From contig NC_092675.1 in NCBI RefSeq assembly GCF_964355755.1, positions 11,155,812 to 11,219,811 on the forward strand: a stretch of 64,000 nucleotides of DNA, written 5' to 3'. The stretch's first letter is position 1; each line of letters begins with the position of its first letter. This document shows, one piece after another, positions 26,301-38,300 of the stretch. The notes under the pieces are model-generated. The model did no database searches. It had not been told where the DNA came from and saw nothing but the letters and a program-made list of their open reading frames with translations. The stretch comes from Antedon mediterranea. Taxonomy: Eukaryota > Animalia > Echinodermata. The translations under genes and the position numbers were made by a program.

Positions 26301-29300
26301 TGACGGAAATGACTTTTTGTTATTACCATGGTTCTTTTAGCTTGTTAGGAAGAGGCATGGTGTGGGAACATTAGTTTATAGTTCCCAAGTAATTAACTGA
26401 ACCTTCTGAGTAGTGAATACAAATTATTTTTAAGAAAAGCATTACATTTTCTCGTGCAACATAGTTTAATACTGTGGAACCGATACCATAGAACTAACTG
26501 CTTAATCATCATCATTTTTATTATTATCATTCTCTATTGCACTATATAGACCATTGTCTTGTCAACATGGCTTTAACTGCGGGAGAACGTGCTAAGAAAT
26601 ACCGAGATCGCTTAAAGATCGACCCGATAAAGAAAGATGAGTATTTGCAGAGAGAGCGAAATCGAAAGAAAGCTGCCTACGTTCCTATTTCATTACGAAA
26701 AGAGCGACATAAGATGAAACTGGCGGAAAGGTACAAGAAAGTATCGCGTAGTAAGGAAGAATTGGGATTTTGTACTTCCAAATACTCCTCCGCCAACACC
26801 AGGAATCAGTGCTGAAAATCAAGTACCACGTTTGGAAGTGCCAATCAACGCGATACCACCAGATCAGAGAGCTAGTGTCATGTTATTGAAAACACCTAAT
26901 ATAATACTGTAACATACATGTCTGAACAACACCCCTGGATGACTTGTTTTGACATATTCTTGCCTGGCTGACTGCCCTGGATGGTGTTTACCAGCCTATA
27001 GTTGGGACCCAGACAGTGGCTTGTTACTAATAATAGTCTAGTATAATAATTGTTAAACACTCTCACTTTGACTCTCACTCAGGAGAGACTGCAGAGAAAG
27101 AACCAGGAGATAGACAATAAATACCAGATCACTTATGATTGTCTAATGTTGTTATTAATACTAATAGTCTGCAGAGTACAATAACATCTAATCATAACAT
27201 GGTGGAAGACCCGGCTCAAGACATAATATAATACTAGGATAGGTTCTGTGTACATTTAAAGATAAAAAGGATATAGGCCTAGCCTAGGCCAGCTAGGTTA
27301 CTTTAGTCTACGTATAAGTACGTACATTATCAGAGGGAAGCCGTCACAGTTCGGTTTTTTTTTTGAGAGACGCACGGTTCTATCGGATGGATTAAAACCT
27401 AAACCTACTCAAACATCAAAGCAATAGCGTGTGACGGAATAACGAAACAACAGCCTAGCTAAAGGCTAACTCAAGGAAAAAGTGATGCCGATGATTAAAA
27501 ATCAGTTCACCTTACTCTTGGAAGATCTGTTGCCGATGATTTAAAATCAATTCAATTTCACCTTACTCTTGGAAGATCTGTTGCCAATGATTTGCAATCA
27601 ATTCACCTTACACTTAGAAGATCTGTTTACTTATTACTTGATTGAATATTTACTGTCTGGATCAACAACTAAATGAACATATAAATGTTCCACAACAAAC
27701 CGATCATAACACGAGACGTCGACATAATGAACATAATGTAAAAAGACAAACCGAACAGAACACACTACATCGCCAACAGATAGTGACAAACAATCAATAC
27801 GTACAACAATCTACACAAAATCGAAACACCGATTTCCCTCCTCAGAAAGAGCCACGCATAGTTGATAGGCCTATACATCTCCCTACTCCTAATCCTTCAG
27901 TAATTGAACAGTTAGTTCCTTCTTCTACTACACCTCCAATTATTGAACATCAGCATGATCGCCCTAGCTTAGAGGATGTACAAGATTCACATCCATTGCT
28001 GGACAACGTTGATAAGATCATTTGTAGCCACATTCCAAATCAGGCACGATTAGATAAAATGATGAAAGTGATTAAACGAAAGATCCTAAGAGACTTTAAT
28101 CTTCCTTTTTACTACACAACAATTTGCAATGGCTCAACAGACTTCTTCATTATATAAACCTATATATGATTTTATATCCAACAACATTCTACCCAGTGAT
28201 AAAAAGACAGCTCGATCTATTACATTGCGTGCAGGACAGTATATTGTCTGTAATAATCTGATATTTTGTTTGTTTTTCCTACGTGATGATAGTTTTATAT
28301 TACAGCTCGTAATTCCAGAATCGTACATCGATAGAATAATTTGTCTTTACCATGATTCTTTATTAGCTTCTCATCAAGGTTGTGTCCGCACATATTTAAC
28401 GATGCGTAAACTTTTTTTCTTTCCATCGATGTTCGAAAGGATTACTATCTACATTCGTTCATGTTCTAGATGCCAACAGATAAAGAATAAGCCTGAAACT
28501 CTTAGGTTGTATAACGATAGGATTCCTGGACAATTTGTTCCCTTTGAAACGCTTAGTAGGGATTTTAAATCTATGCCCACTTCTCCATCAGGGTATAAGC
28601 ATATTATGGTAGTATGTTGTTCTATGACTAGATATTTGATATGTGTACCATTGCAAAGAATCGATGCCGAAACCATTTGTGAGGCACTCATTCAGAAAGT
28701 GTTTACTTTATTTGGTATTCCCACAACCCTAATTACCGATGCCGGTTCGTCATTAGTCGGAAAATTGATGACATTACTTTCTGAATCTTTATAGGCATTG
28801 ATCACAAAGTGATTAGCGTAGAAAATCATGGATCTCTACAGGTTGAACGTCATATTGGTTCACTTGCAAATCTCATAAAGGTCAAATGGGAAATGATTGG
28901 GTTCGTTATGTTTCTGTAGCCCAATATGCATATAATTCCTTTAGCTCTCCTCAATTAGGTGGATATTCTCCCTACTATTTACTATTCTTAAGAGAACCAA
29001 TGAATCTTTCAGGCGTGAAATTTCAACCAATGTCAGGTTTATGTAGTTCATACAGAGAATACATAGAACAACTCAAAGAACGCTTTAAGCATGTGTCGAC
29101 TTCAATGGTTCAGTTGCAGATGATGATATTTCACTTCGGTTAGTGAAGGACCCCATCTTCTGTAAAGGCCAATTAGTTTATTTACACAAGCCTGATAGTT
29201 CAAGTATTATAGTTCCTTCCAGAAAACTCCAAGCTAAATGGATAGGTCCCTTTGCTATCCATCATATTTTAGACCGTACACATTACACATTATCTACATT

Positions 29301-32300
29301 AGACGGACAGGTTCTACAGGACGTTTTCAATTATAATAGATTGCAACCCGCATTTATTAAAAGTTCTTCAGGAAATATTTCTAATCTGCAGAAATTAAAG
29401 CAGAAATTATTGACTAAAGAGAAATCTGAAACTGTTAGTCTATTACGTGCCTGCTTACCTGGATAAACCCGACAATAGCCCTTTTCCACGAAGTGCGAAA
29501 CAAATACGAAAAGAAGAATTCTACCCGAATTCACCTCATAAAGAATGGTACATTCCGCTCCAGCGCCCTCTCGTGGGACCACTCCCACGTGTTACCGTCA
29601 TCATTTCTTTTCGTACTGTCACGAAGACGTTGCAATACGTCACAAACGAGGGAGAAATACAACCTTATCTAACCTTGAGAAGCTAGCCGAGGCTAAGTTG
29701 ACCTATTGATATACTATTTTTATCTATTAGAATACTTTGATTATTGATACGTTGGAAACCGTTGCCCTGTTTGGTTAATCTAACAGGGCAAAAATACCGT
29801 TAGACTAGAGAACTAGTTGTTGGATACGTTGCAAATCGTTGTCTCGTCTACGCACGAGGCAAAATTTTTTTCACATACCGGGACTGTTCACCGGCTTTGT
29901 GTAGCATTTCTCAGAATCAGTCAGGCGTATCCACTGTTACATAGTACGTTAGATACTCTGTTAGGTGTGTGTTTGTGTGCTTTGTTTAGGCGTTCTTCGT
30001 CATCATGCCAAAACAAGAATGCATCCAGTGCAGGGGCCCACGAGCAACACTTAAGTGGGACCGCCACATGCGGTGCGTTAGCTGCCGCACGTGCAGCCAG
30101 TCAGATCCGTGCGAAGTTTGCGTACGCTGGACGCCTGCTAAATTCGCATCGCTTCCACGTCCTGCGGGACGTGTTATTGAAGAGAAAGCAGTTGCTATCG
30201 CACCTCAGGAGGAACGCGCAACTGTAATGGACGTTCTGGCTGAGAACGTACCACGCGAGGAGGTGCCTGTTGTACTCGCAGCTCCCGCGCATGAGGCAGA
30301 GGCCGGTTCCGCGCCTGTTCCCGCTGCGGCTGCTGGTTTCCCGGATACTGAGCTATCTCCGGCGATTATTCAAGCCATCGCGGCAGCGGTGAGGGCTGCT
30401 CCACGGGACGAGCCCGCGGTGTTCCCTCAACCACGCCCTCCTATTCCATATATTCCGGTGCCTCCACCTCAGACGCCACTGTCGTATTCTGAGGGACCCT
30501 CAATGGAGGAGGGATACACGAGCGACCGTACTATGCTCACGATCTCCGATGTGGAGAGAGCCGCGGAGTTGCGGAGGCCCGGCGAGGAGGGGCTACAGGC
30601 GCTGGTTAATAAGATTCTTCCGGCGGTATTGGAATATCTAGGCATCGAATACGCTTTTCGCGAACCGAAGCCAACCCCATCTACAAAGCGTTTCTCGACG
30701 TTTGGGGTACGTACGCCTCTCCATAAGGTTACAACGTGCCCAGTCGTTCCTCTCGACCCGGAGCTGGTCAATCGCGTGGACGCTATCGCGCGCGAGACCA
30801 GTACGCGTAGACCGGCGCCGAACATTCTTTCATGCGCCTTTCCGGTACCTAGAGCTCAATTCGATAGGTACATTGTTGCGCCAGGCGTGCCTGATGCCGC
30901 CAAGGACCGGGTTCGGGAAGACCAAGGATTAGAAGCGGGAAAGACTACTTACCTTGCTCCGACGGCCGCGAAGACAGAAGATACGCTCCTCACGATCGAT
31001 AGAGCGGCCCGCGAGACACTTCGAGTAACATCCGTCTCCGGCTACTTGCTGTCGTTTTTGGCCGATCCGGACCACCCGCGGGAGTTCGATACAGAGGTCA
31101 TTGCGCTGCTGCAACAGATCACGGGGCTAATTGCCGACCAGCAGGCGTTTGTATCTTTAACTTCTGCCGCCGCGCGTCGTATCAACGTATTACAAAGTAC
31201 TGATATCACGCCAGCGCATTATCGCAGGTTCACGGCTTCTGAGTCCCTCGGGGCTAAGGACTTGTTTTTTGGTAGTTTCGCCCAAAAAGAGGACAAATGG
31301 GCGCGCGAGAGGGAGGCCCGTCGGGAAACGCGCGCTCGTTTCCCACAGAAGCGTCGGGCTAGCCGCGGCCGCTCGGGCCCGTCCAGGCCACCTCCCCCTC
31401 TCCCAGCTCCGGTACCGCCGCAGTCGCAACCGCAGTCGTCGAATGCCCCACCGGCGCGGCCTGATACGCAGGCTTCTACATCTCGCGCGCGCACCCCATA
31501 CGGCAACAACAGCTACCGATATGGCCGGACTGCACGAGGCAGGGCCGGACGGTCTGGCGCTACCCAAAAGAGTGGTAGGCGTCCGGGTGCGTTCGCGCGC
31601 CGTCGGTGACGCGTTCGATGCGCCCGTCCCCCGAGCGACGGGCAGGTGGGGGGTCGCCTAAGACGGTTCGCCCGAGTGTGGGAGACCCTGTCGGAGGACA
31701 GGTGGGTTCTCTCCACAATCAAAAACGGCTATTCCATCGAATTCACGAGCCCCGGTCGACGAGGATTCCTCCAGAGCCACACATGAGACGTGCGCTCCTG
31801 GACGGCCTCTCCACCCTGCTCCAAAAAGGAGCAGTGGAGGAAATCGACGCTCAATGTACCGTCTCCGGGCACGAGTCCACCGTCTTCTTAACAGAAAAAA
31901 AGACAGGCGACTGGCGACCCATCCTAAATTTAAGGAGTCTAAACAAGCGGTTCATTCATCCCCAGAGGTTTCGGATGGAGACAATCTCATCCATCCTACT
32001 GGGTTTAAAACATGGAGACTGGGCAGCCTCGATAGACCTGAAAGATGCTTACTTTCACGTTCCTATCGCAGAGGCAGATCAACGTTGGCTACGTTTCAGA
32101 ATCCTCGACCGTCTGTACCAATTCGTCGCCCTGCCGTTCGGCCTATCGACGGCTCCGCGCGTGTTTACACGCATAGTCAGAACGCTGGCGTCGTTCTTCC
32201 ACAAACATGGCATAAGAGTGTTCATGTACCTCGACGATTGGTTGGTCGTGGCCCAGTCCAAGGACAGACTGATGAGCAGTCTACAATATGTCCTTCTCGT

Positions 32301-35300
32301 AACGGAACAGGCAGGTTTCATTGTCAATCGGGAGAAGTCGTGCCTGGTGCCGACACAATCCCCGTTGTACCTCGGAGCACAGATAAATCTCGTTACGGGC
32401 TTGGCATCTCCATCCCAACAACGCATCGCGTCTGCAATGAGTGCAGTACGCAATCTAATATCTGCTCATGCTCCGACGGCTTACGAATGGCTCAGAGCAC
32501 TGGGTTGTCTGGCCAGCTTTGTTGCCTTAGTTCCGTATTGCCGGCTGCGTATGAGACCTTTACAGCTGCATCTGCTGGCTCATTACCGACCGCACTTAGA
32601 CTCCCTACACAAAGTGGTTCTGTCGAATACATTCATTCAGACGCATCTCGAATGGTGGCTGGTGGAAGGCAGGTTGACTGTGGGAATGCCAATTCAAAAA
32701 TCTCTGCCGGACGTCCGTATAGAGACGGACGCTTCCGAGACAGGCTGGGGCGGTTGCTCCAAGGCACTTCGCGCCTCCGGCCTTTGGACGGCCGAGGAGG
32801 CGCGATCCCACATCAACCTCCTAGAACTCTGGGCAGTCGAAAGGACCTTGAAGGCCCTTCGACATCACGTGGCCGGTCGTCACGTCCTTATCCATTCCGA
32901 CAACTCGACAGTGGTAGCATATATAAATCGTCAAGGAGGCACGAAGTCCCCGACGTTTTGCTACCACCTGTGGACGCTGATGTTGTGGTGCATAGACAAC
33001 AACATCATGCTCTCGGCTGCCCACATTGCGGGCAGCCTCAACGTTGTTGCGGACGCTCTGTCCCGACAAACACTATGTCCTACGGAATGGCGCCTTCTAC
33101 CCAGCATCGCCGCACTGATATTCGACCACTTCGGGCGGCCTCACATAGATCTGTTTGCGACGTCAGACAACACGCAGCTCCCGACCTTTTGCACACGGTT
33201 TCGGGATGCGCGTGCGTGGGCGGTGGATGGCCTGTCCATACATTGGGACGGACTATGGGCGTATGCATTCCCACCAATATCACTGATTCCAAATGTTCTG
33301 ACGCGCATTCAGCGCCATCCTTGCCGGGTCCTCCTGATCGCCCCGGGCTGGGCTCGACAAGCGTGGTATCCACTGCTTCTCGACCTGCTCTACGATCATC
33401 CCCTGCGTCTTCCAGATCGCGTGGATCTGCTGACGCAGGGCCGAGCTCAGTTCCCATTGCGGAACTTACAATCCCTGCGCCTGACTGTATGGCCATTGTC
33501 AGGGATCAGCTCCGAGACTCAGGCATTCCAGATGGCCCTGCCGCCCTCACGGCGAAATCTCGTCGGGAATCTACTCTTACCGTCTACAATAGCCGACTAA
33601 AACACTTCTTTACATGGTGCAGGCGACAACAGGTAGAGCCGGGGTCGATCACCCTCGGACAAGTTTGCGCCTTCCTGCATTACCTGTACGAGTCAGGTCT
33701 TCAGGTCCGCACCATTTTGGGCTACAGATCCGCCATTGGCGCGATCACGCCAACACTTAAAGACGGTTCCTCTATATCGTCATCTCCCGTTATCACTCAA
33801 CTGATACGGGGAATGTTCAGAGAACGACCTCCAGTCAAGGTCTTGATTCCTCGATGGGATGTTAACGTCGTCCTAGCCGCACTTACACGCCCGCCATTTG
33901 AGCCTATGAGTAAGGCTACTCTGTATAATGTCTCGCTGAAAACGGCGTTCTTGCTCGCTTTAGCATCATGCAAACGCCGAGGCGAGTTGCACGCTCTCTC
34001 CTTGGAACCAGGTCATGTTAGGTTTGAGCGGGCCGGCGGGAGGCTAGTGTTTAGGAAAGATTTCCTTGCCAAGACACAGACGTTAAAATTTTTGCCGCCT
34101 GCTGTGTTCGTTCCCACCATCACATCTTTTTCAGCGGCAGACGGAGATAAACTTTGGTGCCCAGTCAGGGCTCTTAAGTGGTATATCCACCACACTAAGA
34201 CGATTAGAGACGGAGTGTCTCACCTCTTCGTCGCCTCTGTTCCTCCATACCGCGCGGCCGCTAAGGCAACAATAGCGAGATGGGTCGTTGCAACTATTCA
34301 AGACGCGTACACTTCTTCAGACACACCGCCACCGGCACATATGCACCAAGTGCGCGCGGTTTCCACTTTGTGGGCGTTGTTCTCGGGCGTCCCTGTAGCT
34401 GACATCATGGAAGCGGCGTGGTGGCGAACACAGTCGACATTCACCTCACACTACCTGTCGGACATCTCCGCTAACGTGGCACCAGTGGCAACGGCGATAC
34501 TAAAGCCTCGACTATAGGTATGTATAAGTCAATTTTCTAACTTGTCACCCGCCGCCGACTAGATTCCTAGTCCGGTGCTACACTGGCTATTGTCGGGTTT
34601 ATCCAGGTAAGCAGGCACGTAATAGACTACACAAACCAGAAATGGTGTTGGTAGTCTATAAGTGCTGCTTACCTGGATAAACACCCGCCCGCCGTCCCCT
34701 CAGACAAGAGGTCTTGAGAAATGATGACGGTAACACGTGGGAGTGGTCCCACGAGAGGGCGCTGGAGCGGAATGTACCATTCTTTATGAGGTGAATTCGG
34801 GTAGAATTCTTCTTTTCGTATTTGTTTCGCACTTCGTGGAAAAGGGCTATTGTCGGGTTTATCCAGGTAAGCAGCACTTATAGACTACCAACACCATTTC
34901 TGGTTTGTGTAATATAGCTCAATGTTATTTTACTGATGAAACAGGTACTGAGATTACATTTCAGACTGATGAACATCACGTTTACAGTCATGAAAATACT
35001 GATATGATAGATATTAATGCTTATGTTGCTTTGTCTGAATCTAATGATGGTTTAGCTGCACCTATAGCACTGACTCAGTCCCAAAAGTTAACTTTGATAA
35101 ATACATTTGAGGATATTCCTCAAACAAGTATTGAGCTCATGAAAGCTAGATTTAACGATGGTAGACTTCAAGTATTAGTTAAATTGTCTACAAATGTTTT
35201 ATATTTGTGGAATATTGACCAGTATTTAGATTCTATCCCAGTTGTTAAAGCGATTTTGCTCAATAACATTATTTCGTGCATAGGTTCTCCACGCAAGTAT

Positions 35301-38300
35301 GTTAGAAAAATATATGGATCATAATGAGATTCTTAGAATAAATTTTTTAAAAATATTGATGGAAGTTATTTGACTATAAAGGTTTTCCAGTTCACTTAGT
35401 GAAAGATATAGTTGTTATGAGTTTTAGCATCGCAAGTACTTACACTATTGGGATAAGAGCGAGTAGTTTACTTGTACAACGAAAGAATTCTATCTACACT
35501 CATTTCTTTGGGCTCCCCAGTACATTATTATCTTGCTGATACCTATACTATAATAATGATAGTCGTTTATTGTATATTTGCTCCATCATGTTTAGTTCGA
35601 TTCGCGATATCATACTTCCGCTTTTTGATATTATCGCAAAATTAGCTGCATGCTTCGCGTCGCAGTGCGCATGGCGTAAAGCGTATCGATCAATGGATGT
35701 TGTTAAAAACAGTTTTTTTAACCCACTTTTCTCTTTTATAATGTTTATGATGTTTATGATGTTTAAGATGTTTAAAGTTTACTGGTGCCTTCTTAGAGTT
35801 CTTTGAATTTCTGATTTTCCAAGCAAAATCACATTTTTCAGGGGGATGTCATGTTATTGAAAACACCTAATATAATACTGTAACATACATGTCTGAACAA
35901 CACCCCTGGATGACTTGTTTTGACATATTCTTGTCTGGCTGACTGCCCTCGATGGTGTTTACCGCGTATAGTTGGGACCCAGACAGTGGCTTGTTACTAA
36001 TAATAGTCTAGTATAATTTGTTAAACACTCTCACTTTGACTCTCACTCAGGAGAGACTGCAGAGAAAGAACCAGGAGATAGACAATAAATACCAGATCAC
36101 TTATGATTGTCTAATGTTGTTATTAATACTAATAGTCTGCAGAGTACAATAACATCTAATCATAACACTAGAAGAGGCGGAAGGAAGATCGAGCAAAGGC
36201 CCATCGACAAATCAAAGTCGTTGAAAATCAATTAGATTCTCAGAAGAAGCTAGTAGAGAAGTGGAAAAAAAGGTTTCATAGAATAAAAGAGCAATGCTTA
36301 TGTTGCACCGGTTGTCAAAGTCTCTTCATATAAATGGGTATTGCTTAGTCAGAAGAGATGTTGGAAAAAGCCTAAACTATGAACGGGTTCAAAGAAATGA
36401 TTGGGTAAAGGATGCAACCAAGCACTTACTTACACGCTTTATGAAACAAGACAACAAATGCCGACAAATGCCTGGTAAAAAGGATACAATAATGAGACGG
36501 GAAGTAAAGAAGCAAAAGCTTCTACTGAATGACTATCTTACCGTGCTGCATGCCAAGTTTTTGTGTGAAAATCCAGAAGTAGAAATGCACTATTCTACAT
36601 TTTGCAAGTTGAAGCCGTGGTGGGTAGTGAAGCCAACACTTCGTGATTTAAACACTTGCATGTACATAATATTGATTTGATGAACCAGAAACTTTGTGGT
36701 GAATAACTGGTTACAACTGTAGATGCATCTATAAACTCCGCCGTTTGTTCTCCCTACAATAAAACATGCATGTACGGAGAATGCAAACTTGCTTTCACAA
36801 GAAAGTAAAGTTTCTAATACCTATAAGAAATAAACAGGTTGACTTCCAGCAATGGGTCACTCAGGAAAGACCTTACGGTGATGACAAAGTGTCGAAAGTT
36901 ACTGCTAAAGAAACATTTCTGACTACCTTACATGAACTCTTGTAAAAAGTATGAGGGCGACTTGAAACACAGATATATGATCCACAAGTTCAACATATTC
37001 CACCAGTATTCAGAGCTTAGAAAGCTAAAGGCTTACCTCGAAGATAATGCGGTCATTGTTCACATAGATTTTTCTGAAAACTATGGATGCAAATACTCCA
37101 CCGAGATTCAAAGTGTTCACTTTGGTGGTTCTCACCAACAAGCATCATTACACACTGGTGTGTATTCACCAAAAATAAATCTCACGCTTTCTGTCCTATA
37201 TCAGATTGTACAAGGCATGATCCGTCCGGGATTTGGGGTCACTTGGTTCCAATCATGCGCGTTATTAAGAAAACGTTTCCAACATTAACTGATATTCATT
37301 TTGTATCTGATGGACCCACAACCCAATATAAAAACAAAAAGAACTTCTGGTTTGGATCAACAATTCCAAAGGATAAGGGTATTTTCTGGAAGCGTGCCAT
37401 GGAAAGGGGGCACCTGATGGTGTTGGGGGTGTTCTTAAGAGGTCATGATATTCCAAACGCAGATGCACTATACAAATGCCTCAAGAAAGTCACAAGCGTG
37501 CATCTCCTTCAAGTGACAGAAGAAGACATCACAACGTTTGATAATCAAATACCAGAACTTATACCGATCAATGGGACAATAAAAATACATACAGGTCATG
37601 TTCACCGATGATCCTGTGATTGTAGACCACAGAGTGTTGAGTTGCTACTGCAAAATCTGGATAGTGAAGAATGTTTCACAACAACACGCTCTAGATTAAA
37701 ACGTGAAACTAAACAGGCTGAAGATGCGACTGACAGACGACCTTATGAGAATGATATTGAACGTACAGTACCAAACGAGAGTGAGTTGACTTCAATTCTC
37801 AAGCCAGGTACGTTCTCCGATGCACATGTTGGAAAATAGTGTGTTGTTCTGTACGATGGTGTACTGTTCCCTGGCATCATTGAAGATGTTGATTCTGACT
37901 CTGTTGAGGTGAACACAATGGCCACAGTGGGGCACAATCGATTTTTCTGGACAAAATTTGGTACAAATACGACAACATTATGACATTCATTCCAGTGCCT
38001 GAGAAGGTAACAAACATAACATAACCAGATTGCGCCAGTTTTCTGGAATGAGATTCAGAAAAAACTAAAAATTTAGTGATGATCTTTGAAGTTTCTTAGT
38101 TTGATTTAATTACAGAAGCATTTAGGTAATAAATGTTATTGTTGAATAATTGTTTTGTAACTACAGGACGGTAGTAGTGTACTAAACATTGTATTGAGTT
38201 GAAAGAAAACCTGTTGTTTAATCAAAAGTCGGTTCAAATTGTTTACTTCAATAATTTAACTGATATTTAAAGATGTATTGTCCCCCTGAAAAAAAAATTA

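Larger units (their letters stand above)
29436..34909 (+). mobile_element. DIRS1-like tyrosine-recombinase retrotransposon, full length (5474 bp)
   Basis: Non-identical inverted terminal repeats, right extension, internal complementary region, gag, RT/RH/MT and overlapping recombinase ORFs; no classical TSD. Confidence 0.96.
27642..35324 (+). pseudogene. Gypsy integrase pseudogene (27642-29435 plus 34910-35324), with frameshifts and stops
   Basis: HHCC zinc motif YHDSLLASHQG...CSRC; DDE core SRDFK / ITDAG / QVERH; C-terminal KWIGPF..HY.L; no gag, protease or RT recognised. Confidence 0.85.
26876..36167 (+). mobile_element. Gypsy/Ty3 LTR retrotransposon, internally deleted, interrupted by the DIRS element
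   Basis: Two near-identical TG...CA LTRs, 4-bp TSD CTAG (26872-26875 / 36168-36171), PBS TGGTGGAAGACCCGG at 27200, PPT AGGGGGA before 35847. Confidence 0.93.
26567..38077 (+). pseudogene. Sola2-like DDE transposase pseudogene (26567-26875 plus 36172-38077), split by the Gypsy element
   Basis: HIDFSENYGC..EIQSVHFG..QASLHTGV, ISDCTRHD, FVSDGPTTQYKNKKNF, HGKGAPDGVGG; GTCATTTCCGTCACA-type subterminal repeats at about 26010-26315 and 42045-42285; termini unresolved; superfamily assignment from remembered motifs. Confidence 0.65.

Noticed and set aside
31606-31750. ORF-track N-terminus of the 664-aa RT
   Set aside because: The conserved pol N-terminus is in the gag frame; this stretch most likely belongs to the recombinase frame before a frameshift
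30101-34195. Many short antisense or alternate-frame ORFs inside the DIRS
   Set aside because: Expected shadows of GC-rich coding sequence; no motifs
33500-34517. Phage integrase, prophage or bacterial contamination (GC-rich island with tyrosine recombinase and Dam-like domain)
   Set aside because: Fully explained by DIRS architecture (ITR, ICR, gag, RT/RH), and the flanks rejoin into one Gypsy reading frame
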